Counted from the stretch's first letter, positions 28,353-39,247 are shown. The stretch is DNA of 64,000 nt from Candidatus Methanomethylicaceae archaeon (GCA_015660995.1 JACTUC010000003.1:30525-94524); one strand, 5' to 3'. A program made the numbers and translations. Notes: a model not told the origin generated them from the sequence alone.

Positions 28353-29765
28353 GTGCAGATATTGCTGAAGGTCGTTGACACCACCATACGGGATGGGCAG
28401 CAGTCGCTTTTCGCGACTAGGATGAGGACAGAGGACATGTTGCCCATACTGGAGAAGATGGATGAGATCGGCTTCTACGGCATGGAAGCCTGGGGAGGAG
28501 CGACCTTCGATTCATGCATGCGCTACCTGAACGAGGACCCTTGGGAGAGACTCAGGAAAATAAAGAGGATCCTGAAGAAGACTAAGGTCGTGATGCTCCT
28601 CCGCGGAAAGAATCTGGTGGGGTACAGGCACTACGCTGACGATGTCATCGAGGCCTTTGTGAAGCTGTCCTACGAAAACGGAGTTGATGTCTTCAGGATA
28701 TTCGATGCCTTGAACGATGTCAGCAACCTGAAGCTTGCGGTGAAAGTAGCAAAAGACTGCGGTGCCGAGGTCCACGGGGACGTTGTCTACACGACCAGTC
28801 CCATCCATACGGTCGATCACTTCATAAATGTGGCGAAGGGGATTGCCGAGCTAGGCGTGGACGCGATCAGGATCAAGGACATGGCGGGGCTGCTGGCGCC
28901 GCGCAATGCGTACGACATTGTGAGGGGGATAAAGAAGGAGACCGGGTTGCCAGTGGGGCTGCATTGTCATTACACGTGCGGCCTCGCCTCGCTATCTTAC
29001 CTGAAGGGCATCGAAGCAGGGGCAGAGTTCATAGACACCGCCCTCTTCCCGTTCGCCTTTGGGGCTTCCCAGCCGGCGATAGAGACTATATACGAGGCGC
29101 TGAGGGGAACAGGGCTGCTAGCCCACCTCAACTTGGAGAACATTAACGACGCCGCGGATTTCTTCGAGAGCGTCAGGGACAAATACAGGGGCTATGCCTC
29201 AGAGGCAACGGAGAGGATAGACCCTCGGGCACTGCGCCACCAGATTCCAGGCGGGATGCTGTCTAACCTCGTCGTCCAGCTCAAGGAGTACAACGCGCTA
29301 TCCAAGATGGATGAGGTCCTGAAGGAGGTTCCGGATGTGAGGAGGGACCTCGGATACCCACCGCTCGTGACGCCCATGAGCCAGATTGTCGGCACCCAGG
29401 CGGTAATGAATGTTATAACGGGGAAGAAGTACGGCATGCTCACCAAGGAGTTCGAGAACTACGTCAGGGGGGACTACGGCATGCCGCCAGGGGAGATAAG
29501 CAGGGAACTCCTGGAGAGGGTCCCCAAGACCGAAGCGCCCAAGCTGCCGACGATGGAGAGCATCCCCAAGGATGCCAGGGTGTCCTTCAGGAAGGATGAG
29601 GACGCCGTGACCTACATGATGTTCCCGCAGCTCGCAATGTCTTTCCTTAAGGGGGAAATTAGACCCGCCAACGAAAATGGCGGCGAGAAGAGGAAGAACG
29701 TGAAGTGGTTCAAGGTCAACATAGGTGGCGAGGAGCTGGAGGTAAAGATAGAAGGAGAGGAATAG
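28353..29765 (+). CDS. Carboxyltransferase 5S subunit (pyruvate carboxylase subunit B / oxaloacetate decarboxylase alpha-like) lacking a biotinyl domain
   Basis: VVDTTIRDGQQS and GLHCHYTCG(L) TIM-barrel carboxyltransferase motifs. No AMKM biotin-attachment motif at the C-terminus. Confidence 0.75.
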   Translation: MQILLKVVDTTIRDGQQSLFATRMRTEDMLPILEKMDEIGFYGMEAWGGATFDSCMRYLNEDPWERLRKIKRILKKTKVVMLLRGKNLVGYRHYADDVIEAFVKLSYENGVDVFRIFDALNDVSNLKLAVKVAKDCGAEVHGDVVYTTSPIHTVDHFINVAKGIAELGVDAIRIKDMAGLLAPRNAYDIVRGIKKETGLPVGLHCHYTCGLASLSYLKGIEAGAEFIDTALFPFAFGASQPAIETIYEALRGTGLLAHLNLENINDAADFFESVRDKYRGYASEATERIDPRALRHQIPGGMLSNLVVQLKEYNALSKMDEVLKEVPDVRRDLGYPPLVTPMSQIVGTQAVMNVITGKKYGMLTKEFENYVRGDYGMPPGEISRELLERVPKTEAPKLPTMESIPKDARVSFRKDEDAVTYMMFPQLAMSFLKGEIRPANENGGEKRKNVKWFKVNIGGEELEVKIEGEE

Positions 29766-29857
29766 CTGCCTGCGTTTTTTTACAAAATCAGAGGGTATAA
29801 AAGGCGAAAGCAATAACTTCAGAAGTTAGTTAATGGTTAGGCAGCGGAGGAATTGCG

Positions 29858-30904
29858 ATGAATCTTAATCTCTTGAAAGCGATAAGCGAGGCGCCTGGTG
29901 TCTCCGGCTTCGAATACGGGGTGCCAACACTCATAAGGAAGGAACTTGGTGGTCACACAGACGGGATGAGGGAGGACAGGTTCGGAAACCTGTACGTCAG
30001 CAAGGGGAATGGCAAGAGGACGCTGATGGTTGCCGCTCACACCGATGAAATAGGGCTAATAGTGAAGCACATCGACGACAAGGGATTTATCCGCTTCGCA
30101 AAGCTGGGTGGGGTCCCCGATCACATCCTGCTGGCACAGAGGGTTTCTGTCCACGGCATGAAAGAGAGGGTGCGCGGCGTCATAGGCTGCAAGGCAATAC
30201 ATGTAATGAAGGACGAGGAGAAGAAGCAGCTTGTGACATATGACAAGATGTTCATAGACACCGGCGCCACGAAGGATCAGCTCTCCAAGATGGGTGTCAG
30301 TGTCGGAACACCCATAACGATGGAGAGAGGGTTGACCGAACTGAAAGGCGACTTGGTAGTCGCGAAGGCAATGGACGACAGGGCGGGATGCTACATGCTG
30401 ATCGAGGCGCTCAAGATCGCAAAACCTGCAAACAAGGTTGTCGGCGTCTTCACAGTCCAAGAGGAGGTTGGGTTGAGGGGAGCGACCATGAGTGCATTCG
30501 CTGTCAAGCCTGACATCGGCATCGCGATCGACACAACCATAGCCGGGGATCACCCCGAGATTGGGGAGAGCGAGGCCCCGGTGAAGCTTGGCTACGGCCC
30601 TGTCATACTGGCTGCAGACGGCAGGAGGGACTCTCTTGGCGGTGGGCTGATAGCAAATCCCATAATCAGGGGCTGGATAATGGATCTTGCAGACAAGTCA
30701 AAGATACCTTACCAGCTCGAGGTCCTCGAGGGCGGGACCACCGACGCGACAGCAATGCAGCTTGCCCATGAGGGAGTCCCAGCAGGATGCATCTCGATCC
30801 CGTCCAGATACGTCCACAGCTTCAGCGAGGTTGTGTCCAAGAAGGACCTTGACAGCGGAGTGAAGCTGCTCGCAAAGATGATGGAGAGCAAATTACCATT
30901 CTAG
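29858..30904 (+). CDS. M42-family (TET/FrvX-like) aminopeptidase
   Basis: AHTDEIG, DDRAGC, QEEVGLRGA and TTDA motifs. 348 aa. Confidence 0.85.
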   Translation: MNLNLLKAISEAPGVSGFEYGVPTLIRKELGGHTDGMREDRFGNLYVSKGNGKRTLMVAAHTDEIGLIVKHIDDKGFIRFAKLGGVPDHILLAQRVSVHGMKERVRGVIGCKAIHVMKDEEKKQLVTYDKMFIDTGATKDQLSKMGVSVGTPITMERGLTELKGDLVVAKAMDDRAGCYMLIEALKIAKPANKVVGVFTVQEEVGLRGATMSAFAVKPDIGIAIDTTIAGDHPEIGESEAPVKLGYGPVILAADGRRDSLGGGLIANPIIRGWIMDLADKSKIPYQLEVLEGGTTDATAMQLAHEGVPAGCISIPSRYVHSFSEVVSKKDLDSGVKLLAKMMESKLPF

Positions 30905-30905
30905 A

Positions 30906-31607
30906 GTGTCCCAAATGTCCCTAATGCGAAACCTGTACATGGAGAGGATTAACGAGTCGCACGAAAAGGGGAGGATAAGCGATGAGATCCTCAAGAGTTT
31001 CTACGACAGGCTGCCATTGCTTGAGAGGGCAGTGACCGCGGTCGAGAATGCCTCCGGGCTCCCCTACCCTATGATAGTCTTCGATCCAACGCTTATGTTG
31101 CTGAAGTATCCAACGACGTTCTCGGAGACTATCATCTACGCCTCCACCGGTATAGAGAAGCTGGATGGGACTTACCAGCTGTATGTGCAGGTGTCGCTGC
31201 CTTTCCTTCTTTATGCTGGCGAGGACACTCTCAAAGCGTGCCTAGCGCACGAGTTCCTCCATTATGTCTTCATCACAATAATCCTGAGCAAGAAGGCTTT
31301 TAGCACCCTCTCCGGCGAAAGGCTTGACTCGCCAGAGGTCCACATGGCTTATGACGACACGCATATAGTGGTACCAGAGGAGTGGTTAACGGACGCAGGG
31401 CTCGTGAACCTGATCAAGGTGAACTTCAACCCAGTTATCTCCGACAAGGCGCTGGAAGCTGACGTGAAGAGCAGGTGGATAGACGCACAGCTTCCGGTGA
31501 GGCAGATCTCGGCTGACGAGAGCGGAATAAGCATTCCAATCCTCGAGGTCTCCAAGATTCCGCTGGATCAAAGCATAATACGTTTGAGCAAAGCCAAGAG
31601 CAAATGA
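30906..31607 (+). CDS. Hypothetical cytoplasmic HExxH protein (putative zinc metallopeptidase) at the head of an ABC-2 exporter operon
   Basis: CLAHEFLHYVF HExxH motif. No TM segments. 1-nt and 4-nt gaps to neighbouring genes. Confidence 0.4.
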   Translation: MSQMSLMRNLYMERINESHEKGRISDEILKSFYDRLPLLERAVTAVENASGLPYPMIVFDPTLMLLKYPTTFSETIIYASTGIEKLDGTYQLYVQVSLPFLLYAGEDTLKACLAHEFLHYVFITIILSKKAFSTLSGERLDSPEVHMAYDDTHIVVPEEWLTDAGLVNLIKVNFNPVISDKALEADVKSRWIDAQLPVRQISADESGISIPILEVSKIPLDQSIIRLSKAKSK

Positions 31608-31611
31608 TACG

Positions 31612-32571
31612 ATGGATCTAACTATGCTGGCCATCGAAACAGACTCGCTTACAAAAAAGTTCAGCAACATCACAGCTGTGGACAAGCTGAGCTTTTCTGT
31701 CGAGGAGGGTGAGATCTTCGGTCTACTTGGACCGAATGGTGCTGGCAAGACGACCACCATAAGGATGCTTGCCTGCGTCATCAGTCCAACCTCTGGCACT
31801 GCCAACGTGGGAGGGCATGACTTGCTGAAGGAGCCTCAGCAGATCCGCAGGAATGTCGGCATCCTCACGGAGAACCCAAGCCTGTACGAGAAGATGACAG
31901 CGGTGGAGAACCTCGATTTCTTTGCCAGGGCCTACGGAATGAGGGATCAAGTGGCCATCTCAGACAGGATCAAAGAGCTGCTGGAATTCTTCCAGCTCTG
32001 GGACAGGAGGAGAGAGAGGGTTGCTGTCTACTCGAAGGGAATGAAGCAGAAGCTTGCCATAGCCAGGGCGCTGGTTCACGACCCGCCTCTGCTGTTCCTG
32101 GATGAGCCGACCTCGGGATTGGACCCTGAGTCTTCAAAGCTGATACGCGAGCTCGTAGAGAAGCTCGGCAGGTATGAGAGACGCACGATCCTGCTTTCAA
32201 CGCATCGCCTTGAGGACGCGCAGAAGCTTTGTAATAGGGTAATGATCATCAATAGAGGGTCCAGCAAGGTAATCGGGACCGTTAACGAGCTACGCAGCCG
32301 GATGGCTGGGCACCCCAAACTGGAGATCGTCATGACGAAGATTGCCCCCGAAGGCGTGGTGAAGGTCCGCAGCATTAAATCCGTTGAGAGCGTTGAGGTG
32401 GACGATGTTACGGGGCGCATGGTGGTCGAGGCAGAGGGCGTTCAGGCGGTCGCGCCATACATTGTGAAGGTGCTTGTGGATTCAGGTTCGATGATAGTGG
32501 ATGTGCACACAGTCCTACCTTCGCTTGAAGACGCCTATCTGGCCCTGGTGAATGGAGGGATCAAGGTATGA
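31612..32571 (+). CDS. ABC transporter ATP-binding protein (ABC-2 exporter type)
   Basis: Walker A GPNGAGKTT. Signature YSKGMKQKL. Walker B LLFLDEP. Confidence 0.85.
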   Translation: MDLTMLAIETDSLTKKFSNITAVDKLSFSVEEGEIFGLLGPNGAGKTTTIRMLACVISPTSGTANVGGHDLLKEPQQIRRNVGILTENPSLYEKMTAVENLDFFARAYGMRDQVAISDRIKELLEFFQLWDRRRERVAVYSKGMKQKLAIARALVHDPPLLFLDEPTSGLDPESSKLIRELVEKLGRYERRTILLSTHRLEDAQKLCNRVMIINRGSSKVIGTVNELRSRMAGHPKLEIVMTKIAPEGVVKVRSIKSVESVEVDDVTGRMVVEAEGVQAVAPYIVKVLVDSGSMIVDVHTVLPSLEDAYLALVNGGIKV

Positions 32572-33389
32572 GCCTTGAGAATGCGATGCTTGTCTTCAGG
32601 AAAGATTGGCGTGAGATGAGCAGGAACATGCAGATTGTGGCGCCGATCGTGATCGTGCCTCTGGTGATCTCTGTTGTGCTGCCGCTGATAGTCATATTGG
32701 TACCCACCATGCTCTCAATCCCTGGCTCGAGCTTTAGCAACTCTGCTGCGCTCCTGCAGAGCTTACCCGCGGACGTGCAGGCCCAGGTGGTAGGCATGAG
32801 CACCGTGCAGAGCCTCACCTACGTCTTTGCGGTGTACTTCTTCGCTCCTTTCTTCCTCATAATTCCGGTGATGGCTTCCAGCGTCCTCGCGGCGGACAGT
32901 TTTGCGGGGGAGAAGGACCGGAAGACCCTTGAAGCGTTGCTGGCTACACCGCTTACGGATGGTGACCTCCTCCTTGGCAAGATACTCGTATCATTCATAC
33001 CGGCGATGCTAGTTACCCTCCTAGCGTTTGTCGTCTACACCGTAGTAGTCGATTTTGGTGCGCTGGGTCTCTTCGGCAGGTTCATCCTACCGAACGGTCT
33101 TTGGCTCGCGTTCATATTGCTGGTGACACCCGCTGTGGCCCTGGCGGGTATAGGCGTGACGGTAATAGTCTCATTGAGGGTAAAAGGATTCAGAGAAGCA
33201 CAGCAGCTGAGCGCCTTGCTGGTCCTCCCGATACTGGCCATAATATTAGCCCAGGTTGGTGGCGCGCTCTTCTTCGGACTTACCATGCTGATCCTGATGT
33301 TAGTAGGTTTCGCCCTGCTCGATGTCGCCGTCTTCTACATCGGCATCAGGCTCTTCAAGCGCGAGGACATACTGGTCAAGTCTGTCTGA
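32568..33389 (+). CDS. ABC-2 family transporter permease
   Basis: Six predicted TM helices. 4-nt overlap with the ATPase gene. Confidence 0.65.
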   Translation: MSLENAMLVFRKDWREMSRNMQIVAPIVIVPLVISVVLPLIVILVPTMLSIPGSSFSNSAALLQSLPADVQAQVVGMSTVQSLTYVFAVYFFAPFFLIIPVMASSVLAADSFAGEKDRKTLEALLATPLTDGDLLLGKILVSFIPAMLVTLLAFVVYTVVVDFGALGLFGRFILPNGLWLAFILLVTPAVALAGIGVTVIVSLRVKGFREAQQLSALLVLPILAIILAQVGGALFFGLTMLILMLVGFALLDVAVFYIGIRLFKREDILVKSV

Positions 33390-33468
33390 TCGTTCATCGG
33401 GGGGACGGCAGCAGAATATGTTTTTAAATTGCATGCAAGATATTCGAGAGTGTTCTGGGGAAGTTTCC

Positions 33469-34722
33469 ATGGATTACAAAGTTAAGGATGTTGAGCTTGC
33501 TGGGAAGGGAATGTATCTTATGAGGTGGGCAGAGGATCACATGCCGGTCCTCATCACCATCAGGAGCCGTTTTACCAAGGAGAAGCCCCTGAAGGGAGTC
33601 CAGATCGTAGCGTGCCTGCATGTGACCAAGGAGACAGGTATCCTGATCAGGACCCTCATGGCAGGAGGGGCGAAGGTAGCGCTTGCGGCTTCCAACCCGC
33701 TCTCCACACAGGATGAGGTGGCGGCAGCTCTGGCGGAGGAAGGGGCGAATGTCTATGCCTGGAAGGGGCAGACCAAGAGCGAGTATTACGACTGCATAAA
33801 GATGGCCCTGAAGCATGGGCCGAGCATAACCATGGATGACGGCGCAGATGTGGTCTCGGAGCTCCATTCCGGCAAAGGGGATGTATCGAAGGTTCTTGGC
33901 GGGACGGAGGAGACGACCACGGGAGTTGTGAGGCTCAAGGCGATGGCTGAGAGAGGGGTTCTGAAATATCCAATAATAGCAGTGAACAACGCCGAGACGA
34001 AGTGGGACTTCGACAATGTCTACGGCACGGGGCAGAGCACGCTGGACGGGATAATGAGGGCAACAAACATCCTTCTCGCAGGCAAGGAGTTCGTGGTGGC
34101 GGGGTACGGACACTGCGGGAGGGGGCTCGCGAACAGGGCAAGGGGGATGGGCGCGCACGTGATTGTTACGGAAGTGGATCCCATGAAAGCTCTGAAGGCA
34201 GTGATGGATGGCTTCGAGGTGATGCCGATGCTGAAAGCTGCTGAGGTCGGGGACATATTTGTGACCGCGACGGGGAACAAGAGCGTGATACGCGGTGACC
34301 ATTACAAGAGGATGAAGAATGGCGCCATCCTTGCCAATACTGGGCACTTCAACGTTGAGGTCGACATCAAGGATCTCGAGTCGATGTCAAAGGGAAAGAT
34401 CAAGATAAGGGACTCGGTCGACGAATATACATTGAAGGACGGGAGGAAGGCGTATCTCCTTGCGGACGGCAGGCTTGTGAACCTTGCAGCTGCCGAGGGG
34501 CACCCAAGCGAGGTGATGGACATGAGCTTTGCCAACCAAGCTCTGGCAGCGGAGTACATCCAGAAATTCGGGAGGGAGCTTGAACCAAAGGTCTACGATG
34601 TACCAAAGGAGATCGATACCGCAATCGCGCAACTGAAACTGGAAACTATGGGCATCAGGATTGACAGCATGACAAAAGAGCAGGAAAAGTACGTTAGAGG
34701 ATGGTCTGAGGGAACCGAGTAA
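33469..34722 (+). CDS. ahcY: S-adenosyl-L-homocysteine hydrolase (adenosylhomocysteinase)
   Basis: [15 protein letters not shown]-terminus. NAD-binding GYGHCGRG. The track ORF carries a spurious Ser-rich N-extension from 33322. Confidence 0.9.
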   Translation: MDYKVKDVELAGKGMYLMRWAEDHMPVLITIRSRFTKEKPLKGVQIVACLHVTKETGILIRTLMAGGAKVALAASNPLSTQDEVAAALAEEGANVYAWKGQTKSEYYDCIKMALKHGPSITMDDGADVVSELHSGKGDVSKVLGGTEETTTGVVRLKAMAERGVLKYPIIAVNNAETKWDFDNVYGTGQSTLDGIMRATNILLAGKEFVVAGYGHCGRGLANRARGMGAHVIVTEVDPMKALKAVMDGFEVMPMLKAAEVGDIFVTATGNKSVIRGDHYKRMKNGAILANTGHFNVEVDIKDLESMSKGKIKIRDSVDEYTLKDGRKAYLLADGRLVNLAAAEGHPSEVMDMSFANQALAAEYIQKFGRELEPKVYDVPKEIDTAIAQLKLETMGIRIDSMTKEQEKYVRGWSEGTE

Positions 34723-34937
34723 ATGCAAGCTACGTCAGCTAAAAAATAGCGGCCAAATACAAAGAATAAAAGTGGGCGAAAGGCAGACTATCGAGACGTT
34801 GATCAATGAAGAAGCAATGCTCTTTGCGAAATATCTCAGAAATGAGAATGAACGATGGATTCCTAGAATTGTTCGGATATGATGTTAGTACTGAAATCAA
34901 AAAAAAATAAAAAAATTATTTGTTTGCATCTCACTGT

Positions 34938-36026
34938 TTAACTGTGTACTGGATATGCAACTGGCGTTCCGTCAGTGGCAAAGACTTTTATGGTGTGCGC
35001 AGAACCATCTGCCCAATTGGTAGCAGTCGAAACAACTGTTACTGTGCAGACATCACCAGGAGCTAATACTCCATTAGCGGGGTTAAATGTTATGGTAGTT
35101 GTGCCAACACCGTTCTGTAGAACGTTATCCACGTACACCGAACCTAGAGTCTCTGATTGAGCTCCTGTATTTCGTACGTAGACAGTAATTGTACTCCCTG
35201 GATTATTGAACATGACATTTCCTGTATCAATAGACATGGCTCCTTGTTGGGGTGCGGGCGGAATAGTTGTTGCATGGATCTCAAGTGGACCATTATACGC
35301 TTGGTCGGGCAGTCCGATCTCAAGCTGGAATTGAACTGTCAAACTGCTCCCCTGCGTCGAGGCTGGCAGTAGCGGACTAATCGATAATATGGTAAATGAT
35401 GCTGGCAATATGGATAAATTGTAAATGGTGAATGGCGGCACGTAAACATATCCTACCGTCAGGTTAATGATTTGATTCGCAAAAAGCCTGCCGAGAGACA
35501 AGGGAGCCGTGTAAAGCATGTTTGGATTATCTGACGTAACATTAATGTCTGTTATTTGAACCTCAGGTATCGACGGGATTTGGACCAGCGAATAGGTTTT
35601 TGAAAAAGTGTTTCCTGAAGTTGTGGTGAAAGTCACTTCTGCAACGCCGTTCCCTAGCGCGTCTGGGATGCCTGCGACCACACTGTTAGCTGAAATGTCT
35701 TGGGCATAGCCAACATAATCACCGATGATCGGATCAGTGAGTTTTTTGAAAAAGGAGGTCTTTATTGCAGAGGTGACGGTCATGAGGATGTTCCCTTGGC
35801 TATCCTTAATTGTCATCCTAACGGAGCCATCAGCAGGACCTATGGTTTGTGCCGCATCAGAAAGCGCAAATTTGAAAGTATAAACCCCTTCAGTCGGGCT
35901 TCCGCTTACAGTAAACAAGGCAAACTTGTCGGGGTTAATCCCTTGTGGCAATGATAAATAATAGCCTACACCTAATGCCACAACCACGATTACAACAACA
36001 AGCGCGATTATCGCAATTTTATTCAT
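34938..36026 (-). CDS. Secreted/surface protein with N-terminal signal anchor, Thr/Ser/Asn-rich (possible cell-surface glycoprotein or adhesin)
   Basis: MNKIAIIALVVVIVVVALGVGY hydrophobic N-terminus. Many N-x-S/T sequons. Beta-rich low-complexity composition. Confidence 0.45.
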   Translation of the reverse strand: MNKIAIIALVVVIVVVALGVGYYLSLPQGINPDKFALFTVSGSPTEGVYTFKFALSDAAQTIGPADGSVRMTIKDSQGNILMTVTSAIKTSFFKKLTDPIIGDYVGYAQDISANSVVAGIPDALGNGVAEVTFTTTSGNTFSKTYSLVQIPSIPEVQITDINVTSDNPNMLYTAPLSLGRLFANQIINLTVGYVYVPPFTIYNLSILPASFTILSISPLLPASTQGSSLTVQFQLEIGLPDQAYNGPLEIHATTIPPAPQQGAMSIDTGNVMFNNPGSTITVYVRNTGAQSETLGSVYVDNVLQNGVGTTTITFNPANGVLAPGDVCTVTVVSTATNWADGSAHTIKVFATDGTPVAYPVHS

Positions 36027-36366
36027 AACTAACCTTGAGTTAAAAGATGGTAATAGGATTTACGTGATATACGCTATACGTGATACGCAGTAAGGGAGAG
36101 AGATATAGAATAGAAGAGTAAGGAAGCAGGAGCTAGAGAGTAAGTAGTAGAATAAAAGTGTGTGTGTGGGGATTAAAATTTAACCCCAAACCCACATCTT
36201 CTTCTCCTCAAAGATCGAATGAAACTTCATAGATATGCATTATTTTAAATCAAATATTTCTTTGAGCCCCAGATTTTGCAGAAAGTCTCATTTATTTGAG
36301 ATCAGCATATAATCAATATCATTTTATCGAATATCGATCACAGGCGTATTCCTTGGGTGACTCTGC

Positions 36367-37350
36367 ATGATAGGAGATTTGGTGATTGAAACTAAAGGGC
36401 TTCGAAAGACTTTCATTTCTAAAGGGAGAGGCGGAAACAAAAAGGTAGAGGCCGTTAGGGGCATAGATCTGACTGTTAGGAGGGGGGAAATCTTCGGTTT
36501 CCTCGGCCCAAACGGCGCGGGCAAGTCTACAACTCAGAAAATGCTTTCAACTTTGCTATGTCCAACTGGTGGAGAAGCTAAGGTTCTTGGATATGACCTA
36601 GCAGAGCAGCAGGAACAGATTAGACAGAACGTTGGATGCGTCAGTCAAGCAGGAGGCGCAGACCTATCTTCCACAGGAATTGAAAATCTAGTCCTCATGG
36701 CTCAGCTTTATGGCGTGGATGCTTTGACTGCAAAGAAATACGCCTCCGAATTCGTGGAGCGTTTACAGATGAGTTCATTCATAGAACGACCCGCTCAATC
36801 CTATTCCGGCGGTCAAAAGCGCCGCCTAGACATTGCGCTTGGAATGATTCACCATCCACAACTACTTCTTCTCGACGAGCCGACAGCAGGTCTTGACCCG
36901 CAAAGCAGAGCCTACCTATGGGGCGAAATAAAAAAACTCAAAGCTGATGGTGTCACCATCTTTCTAACCACTCAATACATGGACGAGGCTGACAAGCTCT
37001 GTGACACAATAGCGATTATAGATAACGGGAATATTGTTGTGACAGGAACACCCGAGGAATTGAAAAGCTCCGTTGGCGGAGACACAATAGTTTTCAGTTT
37101 TCAATCAGAAGAAACCGCCCGTAAGGCTGAAACATTCTTGACCGAGAAGGTTCAGGGAGCGAGAATTCAAACTAAAGACAACACCGTCCGTTTAACCATC
37201 AAAGATGGAGAGAAGATGATGCCTGAGCTATTGCGTTCACTCGACGCACAAAACTTGGAGGCGCAAAGCGTAATGTTGTCCCGGCCAAGTCTTGATGATG
37301 TTTTCCTCAAGTACACAGGCCGTTCACTGAGGGAGGATGAAAGAAAATGA
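36367..37350 (+). CDS. ABC transporter ATP-binding protein (DrrA-like, ABC-2 exporter)
   Basis: Walker A GPNGAGKST. Signature YSGGQKRRL. Walker B LLLLDEP. Confidence 0.85.
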   Translation: MIGDLVIETKGLRKTFISKGRGGNKKVEAVRGIDLTVRRGEIFGFLGPNGAGKSTTQKMLSTLLCPTGGEAKVLGYDLAEQQEQIRQNVGCVSQAGGADLSSTGIENLVLMAQLYGVDALTAKKYASEFVERLQMSSFIERPAQSYSGGQKRRLDIALGMIHHPQLLLLDEPTAGLDPQSRAYLWGEIKKLKADGVTIFLTTQYMDEADKLCDTIAIIDNGNIVVTGTPEELKSSVGGDTIVFSFQSEETARKAETFLTEKVQGARIQTKDNTVRLTIKDGEKMMPELLRSLDAQNLEAQSVMLSRPSLDDVFLKYTGRSLREDERK

Positions 37351-38108
37351 AAATTCTACACGACACAAGACTAATGTTCATACGCAACATGCAGCACACT
37401 CTCAGAAGCCCGGTTTTTGTTTTCGTGAGCATGTTTCAACCCCTTATGTACTTGATCTTGTTTATGCCGCTCCTGAACGGTCTTGGCGGTGTCCCTGGGT
37501 TGCCTGCTGGGAAAACGGTAGATGTTTTTATTCCAGGGCTTTTGGTTCTGCAAGCGCTCTTCGGCACAGCTTTTGTTGGGTTTTCACTTATTGACGATAT
37601 CAGAACTGGAGTCATAGAACGATTTTTAGTGACTCCTGTGAACCGTTCTGCAATTCTTTTGGGTAGGGTTCTGAGAGATGCGATCATCCTTCTGTTCCAA
37701 TGTATTTTGATTACGCTAGTTGCCATTCCTTTTGGGCTGAGCATAAACATTTATGGATTTTTGCTTTCTCTATTGCTATACGCTTTGATCGGGATTACCA
37801 TGGCATCCCTTTCATACGGATTCGCTCTCATTTACAAAATTGAGGACCCGCTTGCTCCCACTTTGAACACGATAGCACTGCCCGTTTCTCTGCTATCGGG
37901 CATAATTCTTCCTCTAGCACTTGCGCCCGTGTGGCTTCAAGACATTTCTAAGATTAACCCGTTCTCCTACGCAGTCTATGCCACTCGTGCTTTATTTGCT
38001 GGAAGCTTTAGTAGCATCGATATTGCAGAAGGATTCGTCGTTATCGGTGTACTCGCAATCCTTGTATTCTTATGGGGGTTAAACTCACTCAAGAAAATGG
38101 CATCATAA
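37347..38108 (+). CDS. ABC-2 family transporter permease
   Basis: Six TM helices. 4-nt overlap with the upstream ATPase. Confidence 0.7.
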   Translation: MKILHDTRLMFIRNMQHTLRSPVFVFVSMFQPLMYLILFMPLLNGLGGVPGLPAGKTVDVFIPGLLVLQALFGTAFVGFSLIDDIRTGVIERFLVTPVNRSAILLGRVLRDAIILLFQCILITLVAIPFGLSINIYGFLLSLLLYALIGITMASLSYGFALIYKIEDPLAPTLNTIALPVSLLSGIILPLALAPVWLQDISKINPFSYAVYATRALFAGSFSSIDIAEGFVVIGVLAILVFLWGLNSLKKMAS

Positions 38109-38116
38109 TTATGAGG

Positions 38117-38160
38117 TTTCAAGTGCCTATCCCTTTTCCGAAATAGGCTGAAAATTGGTT
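38117..38160 (+). terminator. Putative terminator: 6-bp stem hairpin (GCCTAT...ATAGGC) followed by a T-tract
   Basis: Inverted repeat right after the permease stop, followed by GGTTTTTATT. Confidence 0.3.
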
Positions 38161-38344
38161 TTTATTCCCAATCTGAGCCTGAGTTTAGCCCTGAAGTTAC
38201 TATGAGAATATATGGCTTCAGGGCAAGAATCAAGCTCAAAGCCGATGAGGGCAAGCAGTTTGATGAGGGTTCACTTATCCATAAGCAGACCAAATGAAGT
38301 TTACACAAAAGCCTTTTATTCACTTCACTAGCTTACATTAAGGG

Positions 38345-39247
38345 TTGCGGATGGTGAAATCTTTGCAGGAACCATTAGTCTATATAGACGGGGAGTTCGT
38401 ACCGAAGTCAAAGGCGGCAATATCAGTATTCGACCATGGCTTGCTTTACGGGGATGGAGTCTTTGAAGGGATAAGGGCATACAATGGCTCGATCTTCAAG
38501 TTCAAGGAGCACCTCGACAGGCTTTACGCCTCGGCGCACTCCCTACTGCTCAAGATCCCCCTCTCCAGGGATGAGATGAAGGCTGCAGTAATAGAGACGC
38601 TGAAGAGGAATTCCATGAAAGATGCCTACATCAGGCTGGTTGTCACGAGGGGTGTTGGCGACCTAGGGGTTGATCCCAAGAAATGCGCAAAGCCCACTGT
38701 CTTCATAATAGTCGGGAGCATATCGGTCGTGCCCAAGGAGGTCGCCGAGAAAGGGATCAAAACCATGATTACATGGGTCAGGCGGGACCCTGTGGACGGG
38801 ACCTCGCACGAGGTAAAGTCGCTCAATTACCTCAATAGCATACTCGCGAAGCTAGAAGCTAACACCTACGGCATGGATGAAGCCATATTCCTCACTTCGC
38901 AGGGGTATTTATGCGAGGGTACTGCCGAAAACATCTTCGTTATCATGGGTAATGACATGTGGTCCCCACCGGCGTACACGGGGGCACTGCCAGGAATAAC
39001 CAAGACAGCGGTCACCGAAGTTGCCAATAAACTAGGTCTGAAGGTGGAGGAACGGCTGATAACGGCACACGAATTGTTCAACGCCAACGAAGTCTTCTTC
39101 ACAGGCACTGGCGCAGAGGTAATACCGGTGACCGAGGTAAACGGGAGGAAGATTGGAGACGGCAAGCCAGGCATGGTAACCCTCAAGATAGGCTCTGAGT
39201 TTCGGAAGTACGCAGCTGACCCTGCGAATGGCGAGAAGTACGCTTAG
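38345..39247 (+). CDS. ilvE: Branched-chain amino acid aminotransferase (class IV PLP enzyme)
   Basis: Class IV aminotransferase fold. EGTAENIF(V) motif region. 300 aa. Confidence 0.8.
   Translation: MRMVKSLQEPLVYIDGEFVPKSKAAISVFDHGLLYGDGVFEGIRAYNGSIFKFKEHLDRLYASAHSLLLKIPLSRDEMKAAVIETLKRNSMKDAYIRLVVTRGVGDLGVDPKKCAKPTVFIIVGSISVVPKEVAEKGIKTMITWVRRDPVDGTSHEVKSLNYLNSILAKLEANTYGMDEAIFLTSQGYLCEGTAENIFVIMGNDMWSPPAYTGALPGITKTAVTEVANKLGLKVEERLITAHELFNANEVFFTGTGAEVIPVTEVNGRKIGDGKPGMVTLKIGSEFRKYAADPANGEKYA

Noticed and set aside
38209-38307. 32-codon mini-ORF (MRIYGFRARIKLKADEGKQFDEGSLIHKQTK) between the ABC permease and ilvE
   Set aside because: Too short, no motif, and it sits within a terminator/promoter gap. 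It was not called.
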